Shown piece by piece: positions 1 to 17,390 of a stretch of DNA of 64,000 bases. Within the stretch, counting starts at the first letter, position 1; every line of letters starts with the position of its first letter. The DNA comes from Anthoceros angustus (Eukaryota; Plantae; Anthocerotophyta), in NCBI GenBank assembly GCA_010909165.1, contig MU008176.1:426856-490855 (forward strand), given 5' to 3'. The notes below the pieces were generated by a model. The model saw nothing but the letters and a program-made list of their open reading frames with translations, was not told the origin of the DNA and searched no databases. The translations under genes and the position numbers were made by a program.

Positions 1-108
1 TTATGTAACATCAGGAGTGAAAAGTATAAGAATGTATGAATGCATGTGAAATTACATTTGAGCTGGTACGTGAAACTAATAACATGCCCTAATTATGTGT
101 CAACTCTC

Positions 109-2015
109 TCACTGCAGAGGCACATGAGATTTCCACCAACCTATAGCGTCCACAGTCCCAAGCTCATCAGCTGGTATCCATCGCCAGTCCTCCTCTAGCA
201 ACCCTAGTGAGCAATCGCTGGGGCATCCCGCCATGTCCAGCACTCTTGGCGGCTCCCTTCTGCTAGGGCAGTCTCGCCTCACATCCCTGGGTATGCCTCC
301 AGACTTATACTCGCGAGCATCTAGGGCAGGGCCCCACTTGCACGTCTGTGCCAGCGTGGGAGCCTCAATCAGCACGTCTCCAGAAGGCGTGCTCTCTCTA
401 CCTTCTGCAACGCTGGGGTAGAATGAGGGGTTCTGGATGCTATGGTACTTCACCAGCAAAATGGCATATGTCAGCATCCTTCCCTCAATGCTGCAAGTCC
501 ATCCCAGCTCCCGGTGCACCGTGTTCACCATGTCCAACGTCTCCTGGTCATGATCTTGCATGTATTGCAGGACCTCAGGCAGATCCCTAAAACTGCACAC
601 AATGGACAAGGGGTGGTGTAAGAGCGTGCAGTCTGTCACAACCGAGGGCAGAATTTTCAAAGAGGAGAGCGAGTTGGTGTTGCAAGCACGGACAAGTGAT
701 CTGTCTCCATGAAATGCCGCCCACGTTTGAACAGCGGGTAGTAGAACTCGGAGTAGGGGGAGCTCTGCAGAATGACGGCGCGGTCAGCGAGCATGACTCC
801 GCACAGCCTGCTGATCCCCAGCCCGCCGTCCACTATCACCTCGTACTTGTACCTGCTCTTGTGGGTGTCATTCAATCTGGATCCCAGCTTGATCCCGCCT
901 TCCTCCTGCAAGTCTCGGATAGCTTCCGGCGTGGTATGGCTCCACCTGCTCACTCTGGCGTCCAGCAAGTCCGGGATCCCGTCCGTCATGCGATGCAGCC
1001 GCACCCGGGGACTGCTCACCCAGTTCGACAGCCGCAGCCAGTAATTGGTGGTGGATCCTCTGAACACAGCCTTGGGCACCTTCCCATTCCATTCCTCTAG
1101 ATTCCAGCTGGTTTTCAGAATCTCCTCTCGGGATGGCATGTAGGCAGGCCGCCAGTCCATGAAATCCGGCACTAGGAGGTCGGCATCCAGCCCCTCGCTC
1201 ACGTGAGAGCTCCACACCAGGAAGTTGGACCTGCCGCCTTCGGCCATGCCCTCCCTGGACATGGTGTTGTCGCATGTGTTGAAGAGCAGCTCGACTTCCA
1301 CGCCCCGCAGCTGGAAGCGGTCGACGGTGGCCTGGAGGAAGGACGCCAGATCGTTGGCCCGGTTCAGCTTGAACTGGTCCCCCAGGAAGCCCCCGTAGCG
1401 GAAGAAAACCTTGCCACCCACCACTCTAAAGTGAGCGCAGCAGGACGCAAGAGTGCTGTTCTGCAGCGATTGTCGGAGAAGCGAGACGGACCATAAGCTC
1501 CGTCGCACTGCTCTTCCCCCCGGTTGCAATTGCTGCATCGGAGCCCACGCCTCCGTGTATTTCTTCGCCAGCTGCAGGATCGGGCGGATTCTGGAGTCCG
1601 TCAGGTTGAATGCGGGGCTCGCCAGTCGCAGCTCCTCTAAGTCGGAATCCTCGATCTTGATGCTGCTCACGCGGGCGTGTTGGACGTCGGACAGAGTGAG
1701 CCTGCTGCGGGCCGCACTCAGGATCCCATACTTGGGAATGTCCGGGGGAAGCTTGTACCCCGACTTCCTCTCGCACCTGTAGGAGCGTCCTGAAGCGCTC
1801 GGAAAGATTGTGATGGGCTGGTACTCGAAAACCTGGTCCAGAAAGCATGCGCTGCGGTGCAAAATGAAGATCGTCGCCCACAACGGAACGCCCAGCAGCC
1901 AAACCATCCACCGAGGCCGGAGACATGGCCTTTTGGCCCCTCTGAGCTGCAGCGAGGATGATCGTAGCAGATCTGCGTTCTTGACATCCTTAGGCTGCTC
2001 CTGGCCGGAACGCAT
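109..2015 (-). CDS. Glycosyltransferase family 90 (CAP10/POGLUT-like), type II membrane protein; 2 exons (2015-694, 592-109)
   Basis: Motifs KAVFRGSTT, YKYEVIVDG, PYSEFYYPLF..HF. A 101-bp GT-AG intron (693-593) joins ORF 657..2135 to ORF 109..660, giving HFFRDLPEVLQYMQDHDQE...YAILLVKY, the typical GT90 C-terminal helices. Hydrophobic anchor WMVWLLGVPLWATIFIL. First in-frame ATG is at 2015. Confidence 0.85.
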
Positions 2016-3039
2016 GCCGCTGGTTTTGTCCCCGTCCCGATCTTGTGGGATGCCTGAGGTTCCCCGAGCGCTCCTCTTTCTCGCAGAGGATCTTGCAAAT
2101 TGACTGATTGCGAGAGTCGGGGAGACTGATTGCAAGCAACGACACGTTTGCTGCGAGCTCGTGTGTTATAGAGATTGGAATCCAGCGCTGCCTCTCTCTT
2201 TCGCACTGATTTGCAAGAGTGAATTCCATTGTTCAGACCACATACTTTGGATGGGGAGATTCTACCCTGTTCCAGATGACGTACGTACTTGACATCTACA
2301 TCGAGGACTCGAGATTGAAGCTGGGGCGCTGATGTAGAGGTCGTCCAAGTGCTCGTTCAGACAGCCCCTGCATCGAGGATGCCAGATCGCAGCTGTGGCG
2401 CTGAGGCACAGCTCGTCCGAGTTCTCGTTCAGGACACCCTCGTTCCACCGTGAGTTTTAAATCAACATCAAGACTGGGAAAGATTGCATGTGGTTGCTGC
2501 CAAACAGCGGTAGCTGCGTTAATTGTGGATCAACACTGGCAGGCAGCTCTAAGAAAACAGCATCTACGGAAAAAGGGGCTCATTCTACATTGTTTGGCTG
2601 CATGACCTTTTCATTTTTGGCGTTACTCCCTTTCGTTTCTGCCAAAGCGCTTACCTTTTGTGTTGTTGTTCCCAAAAACTGCTTTGGATGGGATTTGTCA
2701 TCGCTATGTGCGCCTTCTACTCTGAATGAAACGAATTGGATTGGATCTTACTTCTGTGTCACCCGATAATACAATATTCTGTATGTCGGTATAGCAAAGG
2801 TTGATACTTTTCCACTTCCGGGAGCCCGACTTCCTTACAATTTGGCCAAACCAATGATCTATGCATGTGTAGGCTAGCACTGGCTGGGATACAACACAAC
2901 CAACTGACTTAATATTGAGGTACAATTAGGGTCCCGGCATGCCGGCTTGCACGAACTAGCCCACAGATTGTCCTGCCACGTATGTACATATAGCCACGTC
3001 CAGCCACGTTCCTGGATGTGGCTCTGCACGACATGTGCA

Positions 3040-3482
3040 AGCTTGGGCTCTTATGTACCAGGTGAAGCGAATTTACCCCCGTAGGCGGATTCTTTCAAGG
3101 ACCGCCTACAGCAGTGTCTGTGGCTTGCGGACCAGGACGGGTGGGAAGTTCTCTATTCCCTGTGACCTGCACACCGTGACTGTTTGGCTGGAAAAGCTTG
3201 GACAGTTTTTGTTCCTTTCCTATCCCCGCCCTCAATGCATTTAGGTTGAATGCGGGCAGCCAAACCATCCACCGAGGCTGGAGACATCTTTTGATCCATA
3301 TGAGGTCAGGCGAGAAGATATGCATTGCTGACACCCCTGGGCTGCTGCTAAGCGGCTGCTGCTAAGCGGAATGCATGCTGCTGGTAAAATTGCTCCCCGT
3401 CGTCGTCTTCTGGCCAGCTTGAGCTTTACCGCTCCTCTTCCTCGTCAAGATCTTTGATTGATTGCTGGAGAATGTGGAGACT
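3040..3482 (-). pseudogene. Degenerate 5' fragment of a second GT90 paralogue
   Basis: KRCLQPRWMVWLPAF versus KRPCLRPRWMVWLLGV in the intact gene; nucleotide similarity of 3255-3482 to 1890-2127; frames are broken by stops. Confidence 0.65.
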
Positions 3483-3673
3483 AAATATCAAAAGAACGAG
3501 ATGGGAAATCCCATCTACCCCATAAGGGACAACCCGCGATGGGGCACCAGGCTAAGGCTAAGGCTAGGGCTAGGGGGCGTGCCCCGCACTAATCTACCCT
3601 ACAACCCCAACCGCCCCCAAAATGTCATTCGTCCGAGATAGGGAAGGGCCTACTTATCACCGGTGCCGCCGAT

Positions 3674-3820
3674 GCCGCATCTCCAGCGTTAGTAATCGTA
3701 CTAGAGATGGCGCTGGCCAACGCCGTATCTCCAGTGTTAGTAATCGTACTAGAGATTGGCGCTGGCCAACGCCGCATCTCCAGTGTTAGTAATTGTACTA
3801 GAGATGGCGCTAGCCAACGC
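3674..3820. repeat. Tandem repeat, 48-49 bp x3
   Basis: Unit gccgcatctccagcgttagtaatcgtactagagatggcgctggccaac starts at 3674, 3722 and 3771. Confidence 0.9.
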
Positions 3821-3850
3821 CCTTTGCAGGGCGATGGAAACCGTTGTCTG

Positions 3851-3945
3851 AAATATGCCACGATACATGAAAGGGGAGGCCAAATATGCCACGATACTGG
3901 AAAGGGGAGGCCAAATATGCCACGATACTGGAAAGGGGAGGCCAA
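3851..3945. repeat. Tandem repeat, 31 bp x3
   Basis: Unit aaatatgccacgatactggaaaggggaggcc. Confidence 0.9.
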
Positions 3946-4264
3946 CCTCGCCTTGTCGTTGTGGTAGGCCCTTGCGCACTCCTTGATAAAACGAGAAAAA
4001 ACCTTATTAAACTAGAAAAAACCTAATAAAATGAGAAAAAACCTTACCCAAGGCCCCATGGTTTCAATGGCAAGGGGATGAAAATGTGACATTGCCTGTA
4101 CTTGTAAATTTTCTTAGTTGCGCTCCCTTCCGCCGCCCAACCTGGAGGGTTGATGATGACATGGTCGCTAACAAAATCTTTGGTTGGGTCAGTGACAACC
4201 ATGTCCACAACCGAAACGTCGTCCCCCGCGTCAAGAAAATTCTAGGCGGCCTAGCCTTTTTCTT

Positions 4265-4760
4265 TCAACATTCCCTTTCATAATGTCCTTCCAGTTGACA
4301 CCAATGACAAGTGCCTTTTCTCCTGGGTGCTGCAGATGATGAAGAGGGTCTATTATTGCCATATGAGGGTCGCCTGCCAGGTTGGTACCGCCCTCTTCCC
4401 CTTCCTCTTCCTTTTATCACGAAGAGGGCTCGGCCTTGAGTTGCAGCATGTGATGTACTGACCAGGCCACGTGAGGCCTCTTCCTCCATAAGGGCTCCAT
4501 TCAACTCGGAGGTAGAGAAAGCAACACCTTGTCCTTGCTGAGCAGTAAGTTATGCCTGCTTTATGACTCCGTTTTGTGTTTTCTTGAAGGCATGGTAGCT
4601 GTCAGGTAGAGAGCTAAGCAAAGCTATGGCTGTTTGGCTCTCATTCAACGTCGTCCCACAAGATGCTAAACGAGCCCTTGCTGTTCTGAAAGTTTTTATA
4701 TGTTCAGCAACAGATTCTGATTCGCCCATCTTAAGTTGATAGAATGCCTTAGTGAACATG
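4265..4760 (-). mobile_element. Ty1/copia gag remnant (UBN2-type gag plus CCHC zinc knuckle), truncated
   Basis: FYQLKMGESESVAEHIKTF...LLSSLPDSY and CHWCQLEGHYEREC with an RG-rich linker; stops are present; no protease, integrase, RT, PBS or LTR recognised. Confidence 0.8.
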
Positions 4761-5436
4761 ATAATCTTGGAGGGGGGTTAATATACGAACCCCCTTCCAC
4801 ACTTTCGAAACCCCCTTCACAAAAAAGACACCGTTCCGGAAATACGCAATATGGCGAATCCACCGTCAACAGCACCATGCTAAAAACCATTTGCCTCGGA
4901 AAACTTGAGATTCAACAATCCATGAAACAAAAAGGGCTTTGTTGGCGACGGCTGGCCCCGCCAGCCCGGAAACTTCCTTGCCCACAGCTATGGTTTGAAA
5001 CTAAGTAATGAAAGGAAATCATGATCTCACAATTTCAAAAACCTCTTCTGTCCCTCCAAAATAGTCTTCCCTGTACAAAGATCCTTCAGGCGGACTGATA
5101 TGAGACTTCAAATATAACTTCAGATATAAGGGCGATAACTCTTTGAGATATCACCTTCGTCTCCCCGTCTCGGATAAAGAAGCGAGAGGCCAAAATTGGG
5201 GCCGAGAGGATCAGCTTCCTCGAAAACTGTTGGCGTCGAAGCCTCCATGGCCCAAAAACCTTGCACCCCCAAAAGGGATGCCTATAGCCGCGCCAAGTCC
5301 TTGGCCCTTGGCCGCACATTCGAACAAACCTGGATAGCTAAATCTCTTCGACACGAGACTACGTAACCGAGCTTGTCGAAATTTCCAAGTTGAGTAGAGA
5401 AAGAAAAACTGGACAGGGACGCTGCGAATGAGGTAC

Positions 5437-5790
5437 CCATCGCTAGAGTCGGAGAGACTGCAAGTGCTAGCAAGGACAAGGGCAAGTTTGTTGGAATCCG
5501 GCGCAGCCTGCATCCCCTCTCTCGCGCTGATTTGCAAGGGTGAACGCCATTGTTCAAACTTCAGACTGCTTTGGATGGCGAGATTCTACCTTGTTCAAAT
5601 TAAACGCACTTGAGATCTACATCCAGGATTGGAGATTGAAGATGTGGCGCTGACCCAGAGCTCGTCCAAGTTCTCATTCAGACAGCCTCCTCCCAGCGTG
5701 ATCCTGTCGGATCATGACTGATTGGGAACTATGGCAAGGTAGGTTGCTGCCGAACAGTTTAATAGCTGTCGATAATCGTGGGGTTCCAGT
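5437..5790. repeat. Diverged duplicate of the GT90 upstream region 2105-2540
   Basis: Colinear matches, e.g. ctgatttgcaag..ccattgttca..ctttggatgg..agattctacc and ggttgctgcc(a/g)aacag. Confidence 0.75.
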
Positions 5791-6550
5791 CCATCGACAG
5801 ACGAACTACCAAACAGGAAGAAGAAATGCTTGGCTTGCAGCACCGGTAGTCGATTCTCCAGCAGCAACCGGAAAAGCAGAGTGCAGCGCCCAGACCTTTG
5901 TGATACATTCTGCAGATTCTGCTTGACTATGGGATGCACCGTGCGACAACGTAGAAACCGTTTGGTGAGGCAAACTTTCAGGACGAAAGCCTCCGTCCCT
6001 TTTTTCCGTTTTATTGTAAGACGCCGCACATTGTACCGGAAGACTTTAGCAGGTCGCGCACGCTTGTAACGGGAATCACAATCATAACAGCACCACGTTC
6101 GTGCCACCAGTCTTTTGGCCTTGCCAGCGTCGGACACGCTGCTCCACCGTGAGACGGGGACTCCCGTTTCGATCTCAAGCAAGCATGTCTTCATCTCATG
6201 AGTTGCATTCTGCAAATCAGAATTGGAATTCCTCGGATCAGAACTCGTCTCCCAAGCTCCAGCAAAGATAGGTGGAGATCTTCAGAATGTTTGAAGAGTC
6301 ACGCCGCAGCAGTGTTGATATCCGATACGACAATGCCGTGGCGCACTCCTGGGGACCTGCAGGCGCGGATTGGCCTGAGCTCATCGCTATCCACATCAAT
6401 GCAGTCGGCGTCTGCCAGACTCCACATGCAAAATCTTGGAATTGCCAGTTTGGGAGCCTGATGAGCCAGTGAATTGCCAGTTTGGGAGCCTGATCACGCC
6501 ATCGGCACTTGCGGCGCGCGATCCGCTATGGAATCTCTTGCGCTCCCTAC

Positions 6551-6556
6551 TATAAA
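6551..6556 (+). promoter_or_regulatory. Candidate TATA box of beta-glucosidase copy 1
   Basis: TATAAA 36 bp upstream of ATG 6587. Confidence 0.4.
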
Positions 6557-6586
6557 CATAGCCGCAGAAGACAAAATCTGTAAACC

Positions 6587-9460
<2,874 letters not shown>

Positions 9461-10931
9461 TTAAAGAACAGAGGCGTTTTTACTGGCAGATTGATCTCTA
9501 ATTTCCGGCTCAATAATTGATGCCTCCAGACTAAAGTTTAGTCATCATGCAAATGCTGGAGCTGCCTGACAGAGTTGGGCCGCTACCAATTGATGCCTGC
9601 TGGTCCACCATCCCATGGTCTAGCGTTTACCCAAGTAGGTTCCTGGAGCCAGAAAGTGAGCAATGTTTGCAGTGCTCAACCTTGTTTCTGGGGACTACTT
9701 TCTAGGTGTTGCTGTTGTTGCCATGCCAGCTTACATGGCATGAGAACATACACTATGAGAACTGTGGACACCAAATTCGATTGGATGTGCTAAAGCCTGT
9801 TGCATGAAACTCACCTGCTAGCGCTGTGGATGTCCCGAAATTCAGCCTTGCGTCACTCTATGCATACCATCGGGACTTTCCTTAATTACAGGATGCAGAT
9901 GGAGGATGGGCTTGGGTCTCAGTTTGTCCTTTGCTGACCGACATATAAATGACGCAAAGTACACCGAACGGCACAAGAGTTGCACACACCTACACATGTA
10001 GTTTGTCAAGGACACAGAATTAAATACATTCCATTGTCGGATGTTCCGACACTTCATTGCATTGCACCACAGGGATATCTCCAACGGGCTGGTGGGCACT
10101 GCAGAGATTCTGCAGTGTGGTTGGGAAAGCACCTGTCCTTTGTTCAGAGTCTAACGACTGGAAATTCGATATTGGTGTGCTGTACTTCGACTCAAATAAC
10201 CACCGGTAATCGATTCTCCAGCAGCAACCGAAAAAGCAGAGTGCAACGGCAAGACCTCTTGTGACACATTCTGCAGATTCTGCTTGACAGGGGGATACAC
10301 GTTGCGACAGTGTAGAGAGCGTTTGGTAAGGCTACCCTTTAGCACATTTCAGGCTTCCTCTAATATTGTAAGACGCCGCACATTTTACCAAAAGACTTTC
10401 GCAGGTCGTGCAAGCTTGTGGTGCTCAAGCTTGTAACGTGAATCAATCATAACAACATCACGTTCGTACCACCACTCCTTTGCCCCTGCCCGCATCGGAC
10501 AAGCTGCTCGGCCGTAAGACGGGGACTCCCGTTTCAATCTGAAGCGAGCATGTCTTCATCTCATGAATTGCATACTGCAGATGAGAATTGAAATTCCTTG
10601 GATGAGAGCTTGTCTCCCAGGCTCCAGCAGAGTTAGGTGAAGATCTTCAGAATTGTTGAAGAGTCACGCCGCATTGCTGATGTCAGATAGGACAATGCCG
10701 TGGAGCAATGCTAGAGACCTGTAGGCGCGGATTGGCCTGAGCTCACCGCCATCCACATCAATGCCGTCGGCGTCTGCCAGTCTCGACATGCAAATTCTTG
10801 GAATTCCCAGTGGATGAGCCTGATGAGCCGGTAAACAGATCACGCGATTGGCGCCTGCGGCGCGCTACCGGCTATGAAATCTCTTGCTCTCCCAGCTATA
10901 TCCATGGCCGCATCGAATAAATCTACAAGCC

Positions 10932-13794
<2,863 letters not shown>

Positions 13795-14308
13795 AAAAGA
13801 GCGGCTCAATAATTTCTTCTTGTCGCGTGGCGACTGTAGACAGTGTTTGTCCCCTAGTCTGTAACGTCGTGGTGAGCTTCTGGGCTGCTAGCAAGGAAGA
13901 AACTCGCTGAGCTGGAGATTCTCATGACCTAGTGTGTATGTACACGAGGTGATATATGCAAAGTGGGAATGCCTTGAGTTTCCTGGGTGCGAAGTCCGAT
14001 AGTCGTCCGGAATCTTTTTCCCTACACGGCAATGTGCTGCTCTTAGAATGCTGCGGTTTGTAATATGTAGAAGATTCTCCCCGGCGTGTAAATGGAACAG
14101 CAACAGCTCCTTCTAATTGCCCCTTGGGGAGCTGAAAAGTTTGTGGGCTGAGATGAGCGTGTTAAGCGGAGCCATTTGTCGGGGTAGAAGGCTTGTCAAT
14201 TGGCGGTAAGAAAATGCATGACAGCGAGCGGGCTGACTGTTGGGGATGTCTCTCTGGATCTGGGCTACCTTTGAAGCGCAATTGAGGCAGTAGCTGCAGG
14301 ATTTGAGC

Positions 14309-15518
14309 ATGCCGCACAGAGTGGATCCGCCCAGTGGGGATCATGTTCCCGGGAAGCATTACTACATGGTGGGTGGCACGTTCTTTGAGCTGGATACCAA
14401 GTACGTGCCCATTAAGGTTATTGGCAAGGGCGCCTACGGAGTGGTGTGTTCTGCGCGCAACGACACTGGCGAGTCTGTGGCCATCAAGAAGATCTCCAAT
14501 GCGTTTGAGAACTGCACCGATGCTCGACGCACGTTGCGGGAAATAAGGCTCCTCCGCCATCTCTCACACGAGAATATCATTGGCGTGAAGGACATCATGA
14601 GGCCTGTGGGGAGGCACTACTTCAACGACGTTTACATTGTGTATGAGCTGATGGACACCGACATGCATCAGATCATCCGGTCCAACCAGCCTCTCACGGA
14701 TGAGCATTTCCAGTATTTCATCTACCAGGTATCTCTTCCCTTCCTACGTTCTTCTGGGTGCAGCCACTTTGTTGGTGGTGGGTTTGGGAGAGTTCTGGTC
14801 CTGACTTTCGGCGGCCTCTCACGCTTGCCTACAGCTTCTCAGGGGTTTGAAGTACCTGCACTCGGCCAATGTCCTGCACAGAGATCTTAAGCCGAGCAAC
14901 CTGCTGTTGAATGCCACTTGTGATCTTAAGATCTGCGATTTTGGATTGGCACGCATTGGCAGCGATGAGGGGCAGTTCATGACTGAGTATGTGGTCACAA
15001 GGTGGTACAGGGCACCTGAGCTCCTGCTCTCTTGTGAGGAGTATAGCAGTGCTATTGACATGTGGGCTGTGGGTTGCATCTTTCTGGAGTTGTTGGCCAG
15101 GAAACCCATCTTTCCCGGGAAGGACTACATCCATCAGCTGAAGCTGATCATTGACCTCATTGGTACTCCAGATGAAAGTGAACTGGAGTTCATCCAGAAT
15201 CCCAGGGCCCGGAACTACATTCAAAGCTTCGATTATGTCCCTCGTGCTTCCCTTGTAAAACTATATCCCAATGCCAACCCCCTGGCCATCGACCTCATTG
15301 ACAGAATTCTTGTTTTCGACCCTCGGAGGAGGCTAACTGTAACGGAGGCTTTGGAGCATCCCTATCTGACTATACATCATGATCCAAACATGGAGCCTGT
15401 AGCTCTTGCACCATTTGAGGCCGAGTTTGAGCAGGACGATGCCAGCGAGGACGCCCTGAGGGAGGGGGTGTGGAGTGAGATGCTCTATTACCATCCTGAG
15501 GCAAGCATCGAGCAGTGA
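14309..15518 (+). CDS. Mitogen-activated protein kinase, group C (TEY), copy 1; exons 14309-14728 and 14835-15518
   Basis: [46 protein letters not shown], single intron after YFIYQ; resembles MPK1/2/7/14. Confidence 0.93.
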
Positions 15519-16743
15519 GGCTAGGGCTGATGGCTCAACGAGCAGTGAGGCAGGGGCTGAGCTCCCTGTGAACACTATGGAATAGCCCACCATATGTATT
15601 GCCTGGCATGTTGCATGTACAGAGGAAAGCAGTGATCACCTTAGTCAGTCGGGAAATATCCCTCTTCTGAACTTCTCCTATTTATGCTGCTGTCCTGGAG
15701 AATAATGGGGCTATGCTATGCACGTCACAGACGATGTAGGGACTTGGATAAATCTGACTTCGGTTATGGTGGAGGAGTGGCCAGTGCTTTACCGAGAATG
15801 TTACAGGTACGAGGTTCATCAGTAACTCACAACGCATTCTCTTTCTGCCAATCTATCAAGTCTAAAGAGCCTCCATGTATATGCAGAAGAACCAGGTGGA
15901 CGTCAAGGATCTGTGTGGAAGGAACTTGGGTACACCCTCACAACTGATGATGGAGTTGTGTTGATAGTGTGGCAGCTTTTCGCTTTGCTTCCTATTTCCG
16001 CTTCTCTTCTCCACAGCTTTTTATCTAGGAATCCATACAGGGCTATTCCATATACTTCAAAAGTGAACACCCCAAATAAGTGCTGAGGGCTGGAATCGAG
16101 TACTCTACAAACAATGCTCCCATTGTGTGGCTGGTTTTGGTGCGGGTTAACCAAAAACAGTCTGAACCTTCACTTCACTCTGCACAGGCACTCAGTGTAC
16201 CCTGAAGAGCAAAGCAGTCGCCCCGCTAATGGCAGAACCGAAATAAAGCAGTACTTTACCATAACCAACAACTCGCATGCACAGCGTGTGGCACAAGGCC
16301 AAGTTTAGCAACAGCAGGCCACCAGGTGATCTCCTCTTGTCTTCGGTAGTTTCGCAACAGCAGGTGACCAATTCGGCTGTCCAGGGTCTTTTGTGTGTGA
16401 AGCATAGCCCCCATACCAGACATCAATCGGGTGTTCTTCTCACGGCGTCTGTTTATGGCGCATAGCCTTCCATCACACATCTCTCTCCGTGATGAAGCAT
16501 GCCATATACATGGTATGATAATCACAGTTTTCATTGATTAGATCGGCGTAGGTGTAATATCACAGTGGCAGATGAACACTCGATAACGTATCTTATAATA
16601 TTAACTGAAATATCTTAAATATTCAAAACTATTGCCCAGGGACTGCCTATGCCGTCAAGTTTTGCGACAACCGGTCCGTCTTCCTGTGTTGTGTCTTGTG
16701 TGTATGGGGACCGGGACCGGCTAAAATCCGCTTCAACATGAAG

Positions 16744-16895
16744 CCCTCGAACTGGTTGGATTGAGGCCCTCAAACTGGTCGGATTGAGGCCCTCGAACTG
16801 GTTGGATTGAGGCCCTCGAACTGGCTGGATTGAGGCCCTCGAACTGGTTGGATTGAGGCCCCGAACTGGTTGGATTGAGGCACTCGAACTGGTTG
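16744..16895. repeat. Tandem repeat, 23 bp x about 6.5
   Basis: Unit ccctcgaactggttggattgagg, head-to-tail with no spacers. Confidence 0.92.
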
Positions 16896-17009
16896 TATGT
16901 ATTGTTGTTATAGGTACAACAAGCGTGCCTGTCCCTGAAGGCTCCTGCGCTGTTGCGAACACAGAGAAGGGCTCGGCGCAAAAATTGCACACGACGCTTA
17001 GCGAGTACC

Positions 17010-17390
17010 ATGGGTTACTGGGGGAAGCCGATCTGGAAGATCGCGTTTCAAGAGGCCAAGAAGAACTGGTTCTTGATGATCGGATTTTCTGTCACCGGCG
17101 CCACGGTCCTGAAGCTGTCCCTGGGACTCACACGTAAGGGCTTGCTCGTTATGCAACAGCTTCTGAGGGAATTTGTTTCATTTGCACTGTGGCAAGGAAT
17201 GCTGTAGCCGCGATTGCAAGAACGACACGCTTCAACCTGTCTTATGCCGTTTGTGGATTCTTACTGCATTGTGATTGTGTGAATAGCTTTGCTTCTTGTG
17301 GTCTGGTGATTGATGTTATCGCCTTTTGCATCTGCAGCTGAGCAGGCCGAGAATTCCGCCTTCGTGAAACTGCACAGGTTTGGTTTCTGA
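17010..17390 (+). CDS. Plant mitochondrial ATP synthase 6-kDa subunit-like small protein (exons 17010-17133 and 17338-17377/17390)
   Basis: Spliced product MGYWGKPIWKIAFQEAKKNWFLMIGFSVTGATVLKLSLGLT-PEQAENSAFVKLHR resembles the plant family pattern NWPFLxGFAxTGxxIxKxSxGLTEEDAKNSxFVxxH. The last codons are uncertain (possible third exon). Confidence 0.75.

Noticed and set aside
109-250. DAIGWWKSH resembling a hAT dimerisation motif
   Set aside because: It is the in-frame tail of the GT90 last exon; no other transposase sequence or TIR is present.
5712-6215. 167-aa minus ORF with CLLEIETG, a kinase-like snippet
   Set aside because: No other kinase motifs, and the frame is broken in the duplicate at 10150-10600; treated as upstream DNA of the beta-glucosidase.
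16744-16895. CRISPR-like appearance of short repeats (also 3674-3945 and 60597-60898)
   Set aside because: Units are head-to-tail with no unique spacers, there are no cas genes, and the context is eukaryotic.
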